Shown here piece by piece: positions 1 to 17,180 of a stretch of 64,000 nucleotides of DNA. Source of the stretch: Octopus vulgaris (Eukaryota); assembly GCA_951406725.2 (NCBI GenBank), contig OX597827.1, forward strand, positions 6,138,001-6,202,000, given 5' to 3'. Positions within the stretch are counted from its first letter, which is position 1; the number at the start of each line of letters is the position of its first letter. The position numbers and the translations under genes are program-made. The notes below the pieces were generated by a model that searched no databases, was not told the DNA's origin, and saw only the letters and a list, made by a program, of their open reading frames with translations.

Positions 1-521
1 CTTTAAAATCTTTATTTAGTAGCATAAAGCAATTATTGTCATTGTGGTAAAATTTGGATAAGTTAGGTCTAGTCTGAGACTAGAAAACAAGATTGTCTAC
101 ACGCAAACAAGGCACATTTTAATACTTGGGATAATGATCGATTTACAAACTCTAACTTTTTTCAGAGAGACAAAGTTTATTAAAATGTAAAAACAAAAAA
201 AAAATGCCATTTGACTTTTAGGTTTGCAAACCCATAAAAATAGTGATACCTTCTTGTATTCCAGAAGGTGGTATGTATATCAGGGATTTTAAATGGGAGT
301 CCATATGGTCCTTTCGGGCCCATATAAGATTTTGTTGTTTAAATTTGAGAGCAATTAATTGTTTATACTTCTGCAACACACAAAATACTTTAACAATGTC
401 CTTATACAAGTCCTATTGATTTTTAATTATAAAAACATGACAAGACTTTTTAAACATCAAATGGTTAGCAGGGTCTATCAAAGGGACCCATAAGTAAAAA
501 ATAGTTGAGAACTGCTGGTTA

Positions 522-570
<49 letters not shown>

Positions 571-1413
571 ACTGAGATATCATTTATACAATTTTTAATA
601 GATACTAAGAGTAAACAAAATGTAAGTTCTATAAGTATTATGAAAACTACATGATGCTACCACAGCCCTAAAATGTTGATAAATAAAGCAGCAATATCTA
701 TAAATATATAACAAAGATAGTTGTAAGTGACATAAAACTCCAAGTACAGGAAAAAAGTTTTATCAAATTATCTGCCTTCTTTAAGCTAGATCTGATATTA
801 ATTACTTATTAAGGATAATATTATTTTTCTTTTAGAATATGATTATTGAAAATAAAATAAAAGCCACTCAAAAATAGATATAAATAAAATAAAACATTTC
901 TAAAGTCAGAGAAAGCTGATTATATGAAGCCTTAACTTGTTCTTCTATATGTGAAGTGAAGCTAAAGGATGTAAATTGTGGAGATCATCAAATAAAAAGT
1001 CCCTAATTTTGAAGTGAAAGTTTCTTACAGTAGAACCTGCAACTTCTATGTATTATGAAGGACTTCAAAGCTTTATACATTATTAAAACAAAAAAAAAAT
1101 GCATATGAACATATTAGCAGAGAATGTACACACATGCACACACATACACATGCATGCGTCCATGCATGCACAAACACACACACACATATGCATGCACACT
1201 TACAAGTCATTTTCATGTTTCAGAAGTTTTGGTTCAAAATCTAATTCAACAGAGTTAACTGTTTGATAATTATGTCTAGTAACATAGAAAGTTTTATTTT
1301 TTTTTTATGTATATAACTTTTCTTTGCAGTATACATAAATAGAATGCTTGATGAAATCAAATTTATTTCAATCCTCTATCAACTAATTCAAACTTAATGG
1401 AGAGCAAAAGAAA

Positions 1414-1453
<40 letters not shown>

Positions 1454-1893
1454 CATACATACATACATATATACATACATACATACATATACATATATCT
1501 ATATATGTATATATGTAAATATATGCATATGTGTGTATATATATATATATATGTTGCAAGAGACAGAGAGATAAAGAGAGAATCATAATATTCTTTATTT
1601 CAGGATTAAAAAAACAGAATGTAGGAATAAATAACAGTATTGTATAAGACATAAAAAATTTCAAAGAAATTCCAAAATTTAGTTTTACTACTTTTCTATA
1701 CATCAACAAATATCAATATTACAATGTGATAGAATACTGTTATTGCCTCCAAATCACAAAATATTTTATGACAATACAATATCTATACTGTTTGTTACTA
1801 CTCAATATTCTGATATCAATTATTTTTTTTTTAATATCCTCAACTTGAAAAGTAATAGCAAATAACAAACAAACTATAAAGAAAGATATTTAC

Positions 1894-2175
1894 CAGCGAT
1901 GCCCAATCTTTGCTTCTGTATCATTTCAGATGTGTATCCTGCTGTAGAGTTGTAAGGTAACTGCTGCTGCTCTGTGCTGGCAGGTTTATGTAGCATGATC
2001 TGTTGTTGGCTGAGGAGTAGGAATGGTTGAGTAAGTGAGAGAGAGAGAGAGAGAGAGAGAAAGAGTGAAGGAGAAACTGAGAGTGACAGAGTAAGACAGA
2101 CAGATAAAGAACGACAACAGAGGATGAGGGAACTGGGATATGAAAGAATGAAAGAGAGAGTTTGGTAGTTTCACT
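1894..2175 (-). other. Probable first exon of the next minus-strand gene (5'UTR plus ATG-led 34-codon frame MLHKPASTEQQQLPYNSTAGYTSEMIQKQRLGIA)
   Basis: Begins at an Inr-like TCAGT (A at 2175), includes a (CT)n tract, has an ATG at 1996 open to the donor CTG|GTAAAT at 1894/1893 (phase 1). Confidence 0.5.
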
Positions 2176-2230
2176 GAGTGAGAAGTGTATGTCTGTCTAT
2201 ATTAACTGCTGCAGCCCAATGATTGGCAGG
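2173..2230 (-). promoter_or_regulatory. Candidate Pol II core promoter (palindromic double CCAAT box, TATA-like element, initiator)
   Basis: CCAATCATTGG at 2226-2216. TTAATATAG at 2205-2197, about 30 nt upstream of TCAGT (2177-2173), which is canonical spacing. Confidence 0.5.
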
Positions 2231-2299
2231 TTGTGGCTCCCATTGAAGGGAGACAGAATTACTATCATAGACTTTACTTTGCTCACAAGTTGATTTAGC

Positions 2300-5376
<3,077 letters not shown>

Positions 5377-5959
5377 GTGTGTGTATGTATGTATTCTTAT
5401 CTGTATAGAGACTGATAGGTAGATAGATACATGTTCTATGCATATGGTGCTGGTGACTCTGTATGTGGTAATAAAGTAGAGTAGACAAGATTCTTTAGAG
5501 TCATTATGGCCAGTCTCTCTAGAAATGGTGTACCACAATAAATATTCGTGTACATTATGTAATGTGATTGTCAATAGAATGGGACTCGGTCCATAGAAAG
5601 TATTCCCAAAATTGTAACACAAACAACATGTGGTCCACATCCTCATTTGGACAGATGCAATACTTAAATAAGTGAAGAACTAACTTGATTCATGATAGCC
5701 ATTCAAACACATGCCAACAGGGAAAAGTGATTGATAATTCTGCTGCACATATGTGCATGTGTGTGTAATATATGCATATGCATAGGCATGGCTGTGTGAT
5801 TAAGAAGCTTGCTTTCCAACTCTGCGGTTTCAAGTTCAATCCCACTGCCTTGTACTTTAGACAAGTGTCTTCGACAATAGCCCTAACTAACCAATTCCTT
5901 GTGAATGAATTTGGTAAACAGAAACTGTTTGGAAGCAAGTAGCATATACGTATGCATAC

Positions 5960-6004
<45 letters not shown>

Positions 6005-6010
<6 letters not shown>

Positions 6011-6182
6011 TAAAAACGGTAAGATAACAAAAGAAAGAAAGAGACATCAATATTATGTAAATAGAGGAAATTTATCTATAAAATAATATGTTACATTTAC
6101 TCAATAGTCAAGATAAAACTCTGAGTTTCAGATGCCGAAGTGGAAATCCACAACACCATCTCTTCGGTTATCTGGCCATCTG

Positions 6183-6217
<35 letters not shown>

Positions 6218-7192
6218 GGGTTTGAACAAAATAATGAAAACCCCTTAAAATTTCCAACAAATTAATTTTAATATGGGGTAGGACCACCTTTGGCAGTAAT
6301 TACAGCTTGAATTCCACAAGGTATAGACTCATACAAAGTTTGAATTATTTCCAAAGGAATTTTTGTCCATTCTTCAGCTAAAACAGTCTCCAGTTCTTCT
6401 AGTGATGATGGTGGAGGATATCAACTCATTACTTGTTTTTCTTAAATGCACTATAAATGCGTATGAGACGTGTATCAGCCAAGTTTGTACCAAAACTTCT
6501 TTCAGCTGACCAAGAAGATATTTAGGTTTCAGTTGCACAAGATCTCCTTGATTGCGTCGAGAACAATGAAAACTTTTTGAAAATAGATAATGGGAGGTGA
6601 ATCGTAGATCTATGGCTATGACCACGAATCAAAGGCTCAGTCTCCTGAGGGGAAGACCCCAAACTCTCTGAGACCAAATGGATCAAAGCAACAGGAAGAC
6701 ACTGTTGATCATTTTTTACGACTACAAGGGGATTATTCATCATGAGTATGTTCCACCTGGTCAGACAGTAAACAAGGAGTACTGCCGTGATGTTTTGTGG
6801 CATATGTGGGATGCTATTTGTCGGAAAAGGCCACAACTGCATGTATCCGGGGAGTGGCAATTGCACCATGACAACGCACCTGCCCATTTTGTGCAGCTTG
6901 TGCAGCAGTTTTTGGCTAGGTATAGCATTCTCCAGGTCCGACAGCCACTGCATTCCCCATATCTCACTCCTTGCAACTTTTTCCTCCTTCCAAAAATTAA
7001 TGCGACAATCACACGCTACACATGTTCCTTCCAAGCACTGCTGTAAACAACAGAAGTGAGCTGGAATGTTAACACTTAGTGTCCATGCACAGTAGAGTTC
7101 AAGGTCAGTCTCTTCTAAGCAGCTTCACTCTGTGTGCTTTAGCTTTGTCACTATTGTAACATCCGGATACTTATTGATCAGACCATTTATGT

Positions 7193-7228
<36 letters not shown>

Positions 7229-7428
7229 CGGTATTTTTACATAGCGTTTTTTCAGATGGCCAGATAACCGAAGAGATGGTGTTGTGGATTTCCACTTCGG
7301 CATCTGAAACTCAGAGTTTTATCTTGACTATTGAGTAATTGTACATATTATTTTATAGATAATTTCCTCTATTTACATAATATTGAGGTCTCTTTCTTTC
7401 TTTTGTTGTCTTACCGTTTTTACCAATA
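6005..7428. mobile_element. Inverted pair of about 175-bp hammerhead-containing repeats (6005-6183 and 7252-7428) enclosing Tc1/mariner fragments
   Basis: The arms are near-identical reverse complements. Each has AGATAA-CCGAAGA-GATG...CATCT-GAAAC-TCAGA-GTT-TTATCT (6111-6173 minus, 7262-7324 plus). Same family as the copy at about 53105-53310. All copies adjoin (TA)n. Confidence 0.75.
6420..7185 (+). mobile_element. Mariner transposase relic with right TIR
   Basis: GIIHHEYVPPGQTVNKEY...WQLHHDNAPAH...HSPYLTPCNFFL matches the mariner HDNA and YSPDLAP motifs. The terminus CCGGATACTTATTGATCAGACC is shared with the element at 26963-27783. Confidence 0.85.
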
Positions 7429-8282
7429 TATATATATATATATATCCCCTTATCACAGTACTTCTGAAGCCAGTTCTTTAGGCTCTCAAGCTCAAGGTGA
7501 CCCTCAAGAAAAGTCTTACAATCTTCCCTTATATGTTTCTTCCATTCTGCTCTTTCCAAAGTTAGTTCTTCCCACTTCTTTACATTGCTCTGCAGTTCCT
7601 TCAGTTTACCTTTTATGCAACTTTTATCTCCTTTTTGTGGTTTATGCTGAAAATGCTTTCCTGTGCATTACTCACTATAGAACACTTGCACTGGAATCCC
7701 GTTATCTTCCTTATACACAACAGGGCCTGACCAATCTCTGAAGAGATATGATGAGTGACTGGGTGCTTATATATCCTGCCTTTGCAAGGACTTCTATGTC
7801 AAGTCTTTTTACTTTGCAACTTGATGTTAAGCATGTGTTTTGAACATTTTGGGTGAAAGCACTCAAGCAGCTTGAGATGCCTTCATTTTAGAAGATGGTA
7901 TATTTCAGACGAGTTCAATAAAACTGTTTGTATACATACCTTGTAAATGCTCAACTTTGTATGTCAGATATTGCGGCCAAGAGAGAGAAAATATTGTATT
8001 GGTAAGGGCATGTGATGCATACAGATCAAGGTAGGGCTATAGTTCAGTGCCAATCAGTTAATATTGATGGAACTTGTAGAATAAGACTCCCAGGAATACT
8101 TGGGATAAAGTTAGTAGGAAGGCTCATCTCAAGATTTCAAATCTCACAGAGGACAAGGGATCACAATAATTGGCAATACATGGTGCTCAAAATGTATCTG
8201 TGATGGTGAAATTGAAATTCTGGAAGCATGGTTTCTGGCAGGAAAGGATTATTCCCCTTACATCAGTTCTGGCTATGGTAAT

Positions 8283-8474
8283 ATTTGGAGTTGTGGCAGG
8301 CATATTCAATGAATAGGGAATTCCAAGTTTGTTGTGGGAAATGTTTTAGATGAGGGCATTGAATAAATACTTCTGTCCTGGAGTTTAAAATGGTTCCCAG
8401 CCCTCATCTAAAATGTTTCCTACAACAAACATGGAATTCTCCATTTGCTGAATAGGCCCACTGCACCTCCCAAT
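8283..8474. repeat. Imperfect inverted repeat (arms about 75 bp, spacer about 40 bp)
   Basis: GAATTCCAAGTTTGTTGTGGGAAATGTTTTAGATGAGGGC pairs with GCCCTCATCTAAAATGTTTCCTACAACAAACATGGAATTC. Confidence 0.75.
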
Positions 8475-8833
8475 GTAAGCAGGCAGACCCCATCCTGTCT
8501 GCATCACGGGCATTTATTTTATGTTTATAAACCAACTGACTGTTGCATATTTCTTCCTCTATTGGTAGAGAGGTTATGCAACTTCAGCTATTTGAGTCTG
8601 GCAAGTCGCCCATACAGCTAAGCTCTTTATAGGTGCAAAACCAATGGTCACTCTATGACTGGCCATAACTTTAACTTCCTAAAAAAATATAATACTGCTC
8701 TAATGCTTTAGAGTGTGCTTTGTTTTCTGGTATATCACCTGCTGACGATTTATATCTATACATACATACATACATACATACATACATACATACTTACATA
8801 CATACATACATACTTACATACATACATACATAC

Positions 8834-8889
<56 letters not shown>

Positions 8890-9381
8890 GTGTGTGTGTG
8901 TGTATGTATAAATGTATGTATGTATATCCACTTTTCCATGGGTCAGACAATTTGTTGAGGCAGATTTCCTTTGGCCAGGTGTCCTTCTTGTCACCTGCTT
9001 TCACCTGTTTCCAGGTAAGGTAATATTTTTATGATCAGAAATGCTTCTACAGCAAACTTGAAATGAAGAACAACTATCATGTGATGACAAGGCAAAGAGA
9101 TGCACACACAGACAGACAGACACGCACACATGCACACATGCACAACACACTCACGTATATACATACATGCAAATATATATATGTATATATATATATGTGA
9201 TTGTGTGTGTGTATGTATGTGTGTGTATGCGTGTGTGTGTATGTGTGTGTGTGTATGTATACATGTGTATATATGATATATATATAAATATCAATTATAT
9301 TTATATATATGCACATTTATATATGCATATCTATATTGTTTCCCCATCTGGTCTTTCTGTGCTGGCATTATATATATGTAT

Positions 9382-9534
<153 letters not shown>

Positions 9535-9577
9535 TATATATATATATACACACACATATATATATATATATATACAC

Positions 9578-9609
<32 letters not shown>

Positions 9610-9948
9610 TTATATATATATATAAAATATATGCATATACTGTATTTTTTTTTCGTTAATTTTGATAAAGACAAAAATTATTTAAATACATTTTTGCTTT
9701 TTATCCAACAGAATTTTCTTTGAAAGTGTTTAATATCCTCTATTTTACTATTTCAATTTATCAAGTTAAAATTCTAAAGTGCATTTCGTGTAAAATATTT
9801 GAATATTCACATATCTATATAAATGAATATGTATGTTTGCTATGTGTGTGCTGATGCACATACATACATGCATGCATATACATACATATATATATATAAT
9901 GTTATATACACATATACACACTCTCTCACACGTACACAGAGATACCCA

Positions 9949-10013
<65 letters not shown>

Positions 10014-11372
10014 TCTATATGTGTGTGTGTGTGTATGTATGTATATTTATATATATATATATATCCATATATGTAATGTTTGTGGAAGTGTGTATTGAAT
10101 TATTTTCACTTCGTTCACAAATGTTTGTGAAAGATATTGACTTTATATAAATATCTTTTCCTATGAATGAATAAACTCTAAAATAATAAATAGAAAAGCA
10201 ATAACAACAATAACAATAATAATAATAATAATGATAACAATAGTTAAACTAATATATATATATATATACATATATGTATACATATATGTATACACACATA
10301 TGCGTATATTTTTATTTGCTGTTTTAGATTTTATTTTCTTTCAGCAGTGTAAGAAATAAAAGAAGTCCTGTCGAATAGCAACATAATATACATAGCCTAA
10401 AGAACATATTTCCATATTGTCTGTGATTGTCATGTATTGGGAAAGATTCACCAAACTTTAGAAAATCTTACTTAATGTTCAAGAACGACAATAGATAAAA
10501 TGGATAAGCACCACAACCCACATCTCTAAAAAAAAAAAAAATGGAAATGAAAAATAAAAATAAAAAAAAAACAAATGTAATAAAAAATAAAAATGAAATA
10601 GAATGAAATGACTTGAAGAAAAGGAAAAACAAACTAGATGAATGTATATAGGTAATAAATTGAACATGTTTGTTTTATAAACTTCAGCACAGAAACAGAT
10701 TCAATATTTTATATTGTTGTTGTTGCTGATGATGACTTTTAAGTAAATCTATTTTTTATTTATAATTTTGTTGTTGATGTGACTTGTTTTCTCTATTTTT
10801 TTTTAATATTTTGTTGATGTTTTACATGTTGTTGCTGTTGCGATCGTTTTAAATTTGAATGAAGAATTTCTTTATTTCGTTTGTTTTTTGTTTTTTTGTT
10901 TTTACAATGCTGTTTATATTAGCATTATTTGTTTTTACGCAAAAATATAATCCCTCTTTTTTTATTTAAAGTCTAGCATTAGGTATAGGCACATGTGTTT
11001 GTGTAACCATTTGTATGCCTTCCTCAACATGGAGCATTTGCACACATATCTCTTCCAACAAACACACTCACACACATATACATACAAATAAATAATGCAT
11101 GAAATAAATATATACATATATATGTGTCTGTGTGTGAATGTATCTGTGTGTGTGTATGTATATATATATATATATATATATAGTGCAACTGGAGAGTGAT
11201 TTGATCCTCACTGCCTCACTCAAGTGGAGCATACAGGTTAGGCAGCCAAATGCATGCAATCCTGAGACTCACCTCACTAAAGTTATTAAAGGTTTTCCAA
11301 CAATATGAATGCTTTACTTGAGTTGTTATTAAGAGAAAGACCTTGCAAAATCATTAAGTAGTTCCTATATTA

Positions 11373-11604
11373 AAGGTGACGAGCTGGCAGAAACTTTAGC
11401 ATGCCGGGCGAAATGCGTAGCTGTATTTCGTCTGCCGCTACGTTCTTAGTTCAAATTCTGCCACGGTCGACTTTGCCTTTCATCCTATCAGGGTCGATAA
11501 ATTAAGTACCAGTTACGCACTGAGATCGATGTAATCGACTTAATCCGTTTCTCTGTCCTTGTTTGTCCCCTCTGTGTTTAGCCCTTGTGGGTAGTAAAGA
11601 AATA
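11373..11604 (+). mobile_element. SINE-like family B
   Basis: GAGCTGGCAGAA...GTTCAAATTC...GACTTTGCCTTTCATCC. Related sequence at 45514-45630(-), 48290-48505(-) and about 63650-63720. Confidence 0.7.
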
Positions 11605-11854
11605 CATAATATCTGTTTGGAGCTAAGCATCTCTGATGTTTCTCTTGCATAAATATATTTTCCTCGTTTACATATATTACAGAGCCAAGCCTTCCCTGAA
11701 ACTGTAAAATTTGTAAACCTTACAAAATTTTATCATTTGAATATATATGCGTGTGTCTAGACATGCAACTATATGCATGAGAATGCGTACATAAAACGAA
11801 ACATATACATCTGTACATGCACTGACTCCAAATACTGTATATATACATACATGT

Positions 11855-12881
11855 GAAGTGGTATCAAAAAGTTCCTGGACTTGTTATGTTTAATAAAAAA
11901 TAACTTACTTTCCTAAGTTTTGACATCATCTCCCCCCCAAAATAGTCACTTTCCACAGCAATACACAGTCTCAGCGTTCCTGCCACTTTTGGAATCCAGT
12001 CTGAGAGTCAAGACTATTGAAAAGGTTGCAAGAAGCAACAAAAATTTTAGGAAAATAAAAATAAGAAATAAGTAGAAATTTTACCAGTGAGTGTGTTGAA
12101 TTATAAGGCACAAAAAGAAAAAGACTCCCCAGACACAGTCTGGAAGTTATTTTCCATAAGTGAGTCAAAGACCTTTTGTGAGTCACTCTTGATTTTGACA
12201 ACTGTGTTAAAACTGTCACGTTTGAGCTGCATTTTCATCTTGGGGAAGATCTGGAAGTCTGCAGGTGTTAAATATGGTGAATAGGGTGGGTGCAGAAGGG
12301 ATACTATGTTGTTTTTGGTGAGAAACTCACAAGCTTGGTGAGAGGGTGAACTATCATTGTGAAGAATCCAGTTCTTCGCACTCCATAGATCCGGTCACTT
12401 TTGCCACAGGTCCTCCTTCAAATGCTTCAAAACATCGCAGTAGAACTCCCGATTGATGGCCAGGCCCTGGGAGGGGGGATGAATGTGCAATGCTGTAGAT
12501 GAGGAAGAAAATGACGAGCATGCTCTTGACTGAGCTGTACCATTTTTAAAGCACCCATGCCACTCAAAACATTGTGTATGAACCAATGCCTCATCATTGT
12601 AAGCTTGCTGAAGCATGTTCAATGTCTCTGTTGCAGATTTCCTTAGTTTACCACAAAATTTCACGTTTGCTCTTAGATCCAACTTCCTGTCCATGACAAA
12701 ATTGCAGACTACAACATACATGTGATCACGAAAACACAAATTTCACAATTTGCAAAGTAAACACAGCAATGTCACTTGGCACACTGCCTCATGAAGGTCA
12801 CTGCTAACACTCACTGTGAATGTAACCATGTGCTGCCATCCATTGGTGTGCTACTGTCTGGGAACTTTTGATACCACCTCA
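11855..12881 (-). mobile_element. Mariner-like deletion derivative with both TIRs
   Basis: TIRs GAAGTGGTATCAAAAAGTTCCTGGAC and GTCTGGGAACTTTTGATACCACCTC. ORF remnant RANVKFCGKLRKSATETLNMLQQAY...FEWH..FK.G is a mariner N-terminal HTH. Confidence 0.85.
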
Positions 12882-13390
12882 TATGTGCAAAAATACCCTG
12901 TTGATGTTGGAATTCCAATGAAGGGGCCTTGCATCTTGGTTAGAAACTAGCCCTTTCTCTATTGACAAGAAATCTTGAAATGAAACCTGAATAATGATAT
13001 ACATCCATCCATCCATACATACATATATACATGCATACATATATGTGTGTGTGTGTGTGTGTGTGTAAGTGTGCAAGTGTGCATATATATATTTATAAAA
13101 AATTAATAAACAGTTGTTTGCAATGTTATACTGTATAGTGAATAGGACTGGCATACTCTTTACTGTTTTACTTGTTTCAGTCATTTTGACTGCAGCCATG
13201 CTGGAGCACCGCCAACCATCCAACCCATGCCAGCATGGAAAGCAGATGTGAAAGAATGATGAAGATGTCCCTTTATATGTGTATATATATATATATATAT
13301 ATGTGTGTGAGTGTGTGTGTGTATGTATGTGTGTCTGTGTGTATATATATAATAGTGTGTGTATATATATATATATATACACACACACAT

Positions 13391-13429
<39 letters not shown>

Positions 13430-13926
13430 AATTATAGATGTCTTTCAATCTGTCCAGCTATATAGACATATATTAGACAGACATACTGAGAAAGAGAGAG
13501 AGAGTGGGGTGAGGGAAAGTGAGCAGTATTAAACAGATGTAAAATGAATCTCATAGTAAATTTCATAAGTAATATTGAATATTGTCAGGAAAATCCAATG
13601 CCTTAAGCGAGGCAAAATGAGTCACAGAATCAAGCTGTCTATTCAAAATCACCAATAATACATCTGCAGTTAATATGAGCTCTTGAGTGTGGGATTGGCC
13701 TTTAGACAAGGTGACCAGCAGGATTCTGATGTTTCTTAGGTTGGTGCATCTGCATTGGCCTCAGTTAATGACAGAAACAAACTAAAACAAACAGATCTAC
13801 AAACAAACAAAACAAATATAAAAAAATAGGTGCGATGAGAATTACATTTTTTTTAAGCGTAAAATTATTATCTGTCTTATATATATATAATATATATATA
13901 CATACATATATATATATATATATATC

Positions 13927-13966
<40 letters not shown>

Positions 13967-14921
13967 GTGTACATTATGTGGTCAGTTGAGCTGAAAATAT
14001 GCACACCTATGTTAGAAGGCCTCCGTGCTGGTGGCACGTGAAAGACACCATCCAAGCATGACCGCTATCAGCATCGCCTTACTGGCACCTGTGCCGGTGA
14101 CATGTGTAAAAGATTTGAGCAAGGTCATTGCCAGTTTGCATGGCAACTATTTTTTTCCTCAAATGAAAGGTGTGACCTCTAGGACAAAATTCCTCATCTT
14201 ATAAACCGTGGCCCGAGTAGACCTGAACGAAATCGGGTTATATTAACCAAAATGTGAAAATGGGGCTGGAAGGGGATTAAAATTTACAGGAGCGGGTGTT
14301 TAGGAATTTCCTTTTACATCAAGTTCAAAATTTTACGCCAGCTGTTAAACTTCCACTACGTTGCTGTCCGTCATTAAGAAATGCCAGCCATGGTGACTCT
14401 ACTATCCTCAGATTCTATCCCTTCAAACTTTGGTTTCCAATATCTTTTATTTTTATTCAGCTCACAAGTTCGTCCGTCCCTTTTAAATGTTAGTGTTTTG
14501 CTGTCTGCATTGAAGCAGACCTTTCCATTGTCACTGCCTGATATTTATGATTGATCTTTCAAAACATTTTTCTTTCTCAACTTACTCAAGATCTTTTGTT
14601 GTTTATAAATGGGAGAGAGATAGATAGAGAAAGATAGAGAGTAAGAGAAAGCTAGGGAGAGTCCGAGAGAAATGAAGAGTAAGAGAGTGGGGAAAGTGAG
14701 AGAGAAAGGAGAGAGAAACAAAGAGGGAGAATGTGGTGATAAAAATCAGAAAGGAAGCAACAGAAAGTAACAACCACACTCTTACCCGTGCGTAGAGCGG
14801 GTCCCCTTAAGCTAGAATTTTTATATAATTGAATATTAAGAATAGTATAAAGAATTGTTAAAATATCTTGTGTATCATAGAACTATAACCAATTTAGTGT
14901 GCATAAATTTTAAGAACAAAA

Positions 14922-15434
14922 TCTATATATATAAAACTGTAGTTGTGTGAGTGTCTGTCCCCTTCGATTTAGATTCCTAACTACTCCCACATTTTGCAGT
15001 GCAGTTTAACCAAATTCGGGTATCTTATAGTCGTGATTCATATCGAGCCTGTCTGAGTATTAGCGCACGTCTACGATGAGTCTACGATTTTAAAAATAAT
15101 TTAACATCATTTTTTATTCCATTTTAATGCATAATTTTTCGTGTGTCGATGGCGGCGGAGTTGGCGTCCATGGTCACACCTGCACCTGTTTGCTTCTCCC
15201 CCTTCTTCCCTCCCTCGTGAAGCTGTGGGGAAGGGAGTGTAACGAAATCAACGTCGTAAAGCGTTGTCAAGGAGACCAGCGTTCTTTTAGAACAATGACT
15301 TCATGGCTTGAAGACACCAAAACAGAAATGGCTAAGAAAGCCCGAATTGGCATCTATAAGGGAAGTAACTCTCTAAAAATGCTTATATAGTTATTTCACT
15401 TACAAACCCGAGCAACGCCGGGCGATACTGCTAG
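14922..15434 (+). mobile_element. Non-autonomous Helitron
   Basis: 5' TCTATATATATAAAA after an A. 3' hairpin CCCG-AGCAACGC-CGGG followed by CTAG then T (A|T insertion site). A second Helitron-type 3' end (ACCCG..CGGGT...CTAG) lies at 14784-14815. Confidence 0.75.
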
Positions 15435-15599
15435 TCTTATATAAACCCCTGAATATCATTTGAACCCTGGGTCAGAACCACTGATATAAAGTAACATAGC
15501 ATCACTGGGGAAGACGCAGGCAATGATGCTCATGACCAAAATTATTGGAAACTTCTTGCAACCCAATGGGCAGGCTGACATAGCTTTGGTTGGCTCAAG

Positions 15600-15982
15600 A
15601 TGGAGGCGCAATGGCCCAGTGGTTAGGGCAGCGAACTCACGGTCATAGGATCGCGGTTTCAATTCCCAGACCAGGCATTGTGAGTGTTTATTGAGCGAAA
15701 ACACCTAAAGCTTCACGAGGCTCCGGCAGGGGATGGTGGTGATCCCTGCCGTACTCTTTTGCCACAACTTTCTCTCACTCTTACTTCCTGTTTCTGTTGT
15801 ACCTGTATTTCAAAGGGGCCGGCCTTGTCACTCTCTGTGTCACGCTGAATATCCCTGAGAACTATGTTAAGGGTACACGTGTCTGTGGAGTGCTCAGCCA
15901 CTTACACATTAATTTCATGAGCAGGCTGTTCCGTTGATTCGGATTAACCGGAACCCTTGTTGTCGTAACCGATGGAGTGCTT
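15600..15982 (+). mobile_element. tRNA-derived SINE family C
   Basis: Head GGAGGCGCAATGGCCCAGTGGTTAGGGCAGCG...GGTTTCAATTCCC with A/B boxes. A related head lies at 48870-48934(-). Confidence 0.75.
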
Positions 15983-16407
15983 CCCAGGTTGGCTCAAGGC
16001 CATAGTAAAAGATACCTAGTCAGAATGTCACAACATAGGACTGAACCTGGAATCCTGTGACTGGAAAGCAAACTGCTTACCACACAGCCACAACTGCACC
16101 TAGATACATATATCTCAAAAGAAGAGGCTGGAGAAAATTTCTTACTGTAGCTTTGTGAGTGTATCTGGCAGACAGAAACTTATAGAAGTCTGTTGTGTAT
16201 GTATGTTGTTGTATCGCACATTCTACTCAACTCTCGACGTCTAGACTTCTCCCTCTATATCTATGTATTGGGCTAGCCTACTTCATCATCTGGGGACGTC
16301 GACAGAACATATGTACACACACACACACATATACACGATGTGTGTGTGTGTATGTACTTATATGCATATATATAAATATATATATATATATACATACATT
16401 TATATGC

Positions 16408-16446
<39 letters not shown>

Positions 16447-16480
16447 CATACATACATACATACATACATACATGCATGCA

Positions 16481-16513
<33 letters not shown>

Positions 16514-16753
16514 TCAGTAAACAGTGGTATCGCTATAGAAACGATTTGTGGGTAATTGATCAAGTGAAATTGTCAAGTTTCCAGACTGAAGTTTTCTTGT
16601 TTGACATGACAATATTAACATCTTAAAAACTTAAATTGCCTCGAGTTCTGTTTAACTCTGTGTCTACTTGGTAATATTTCAGCGTTTGATTTTGTCAGGT
16701 ATTAAAAGCCACTAGTTTAGGAGTGAACTAAAATAATTAAAACAAATACATAT

Positions 16754-17180
16754 AGGCGCAGGAGTGGCTGTGTGGTAAGTAGCTTGCTAACCAACCACAT
16801 GGTTCCAGGTTCAGTCCCACTGCTTTGCATCTTGGGCAAGTGTCTTCTGCTATAGCCCCGGGCCGACCAATGCCTTGTGAGTGGATTTGGTAGACGGAAA
16901 CTGAAAGAAGCCTGTCGTATATATGTATATATATATATATATATAAGTGTGTGTGTATATGTTTGTGTGTCTGTGGTTGTCCCCCTAGCATTGCTTGACA
17001 ACCGATGCTGGTGTGTTTACGTCCCCGTCACTTAGCGGTTCGGCAAAAAGAGACCGATAGAATAAGTACTGGGCTTACAAAGAAGAAGTCCCGGGGTCGA
17101 TTTGCTCGACTAAAGGCGGTGCTCCAGCATGGCCACAGTCAAATGACTGAAACAAGTAAAAGAGTAAAGAGTAAAGAGTA
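16754..17180 (+). mobile_element. tRNA-derived SINE family A, representative full-length copy (about 400 bp)
   Basis: A box TGGCTGTGTGG, B box GGTTCAGTCCC, internal (TA)n(TG)n and an (AAAAGAGT)n tail. Other near-full copies: 38186-38594(-), 41461-41861(-), 43546-43913(-), 44580-44990(-), 51508-51961(+), 54215-54620(+), 54770-55188(-), 56068-56484(+), 56980-57378(+), 61149-61568(-), 62415-62840(-). Many older partial copies. Confidence 0.92.

Noticed and set aside
16220-16310. Further possible hammerhead relics between TA tracts (also about 48240, 55570-55745 and 31645)
   Set aside because: Only half a core or multiple core substitutions, too degenerate to call by eye.
16754-16830. SINE heads as tRNA genes
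   Set aside because: They have A/B boxes but no convincing cloverleaf, and they always continue into the SINE body.
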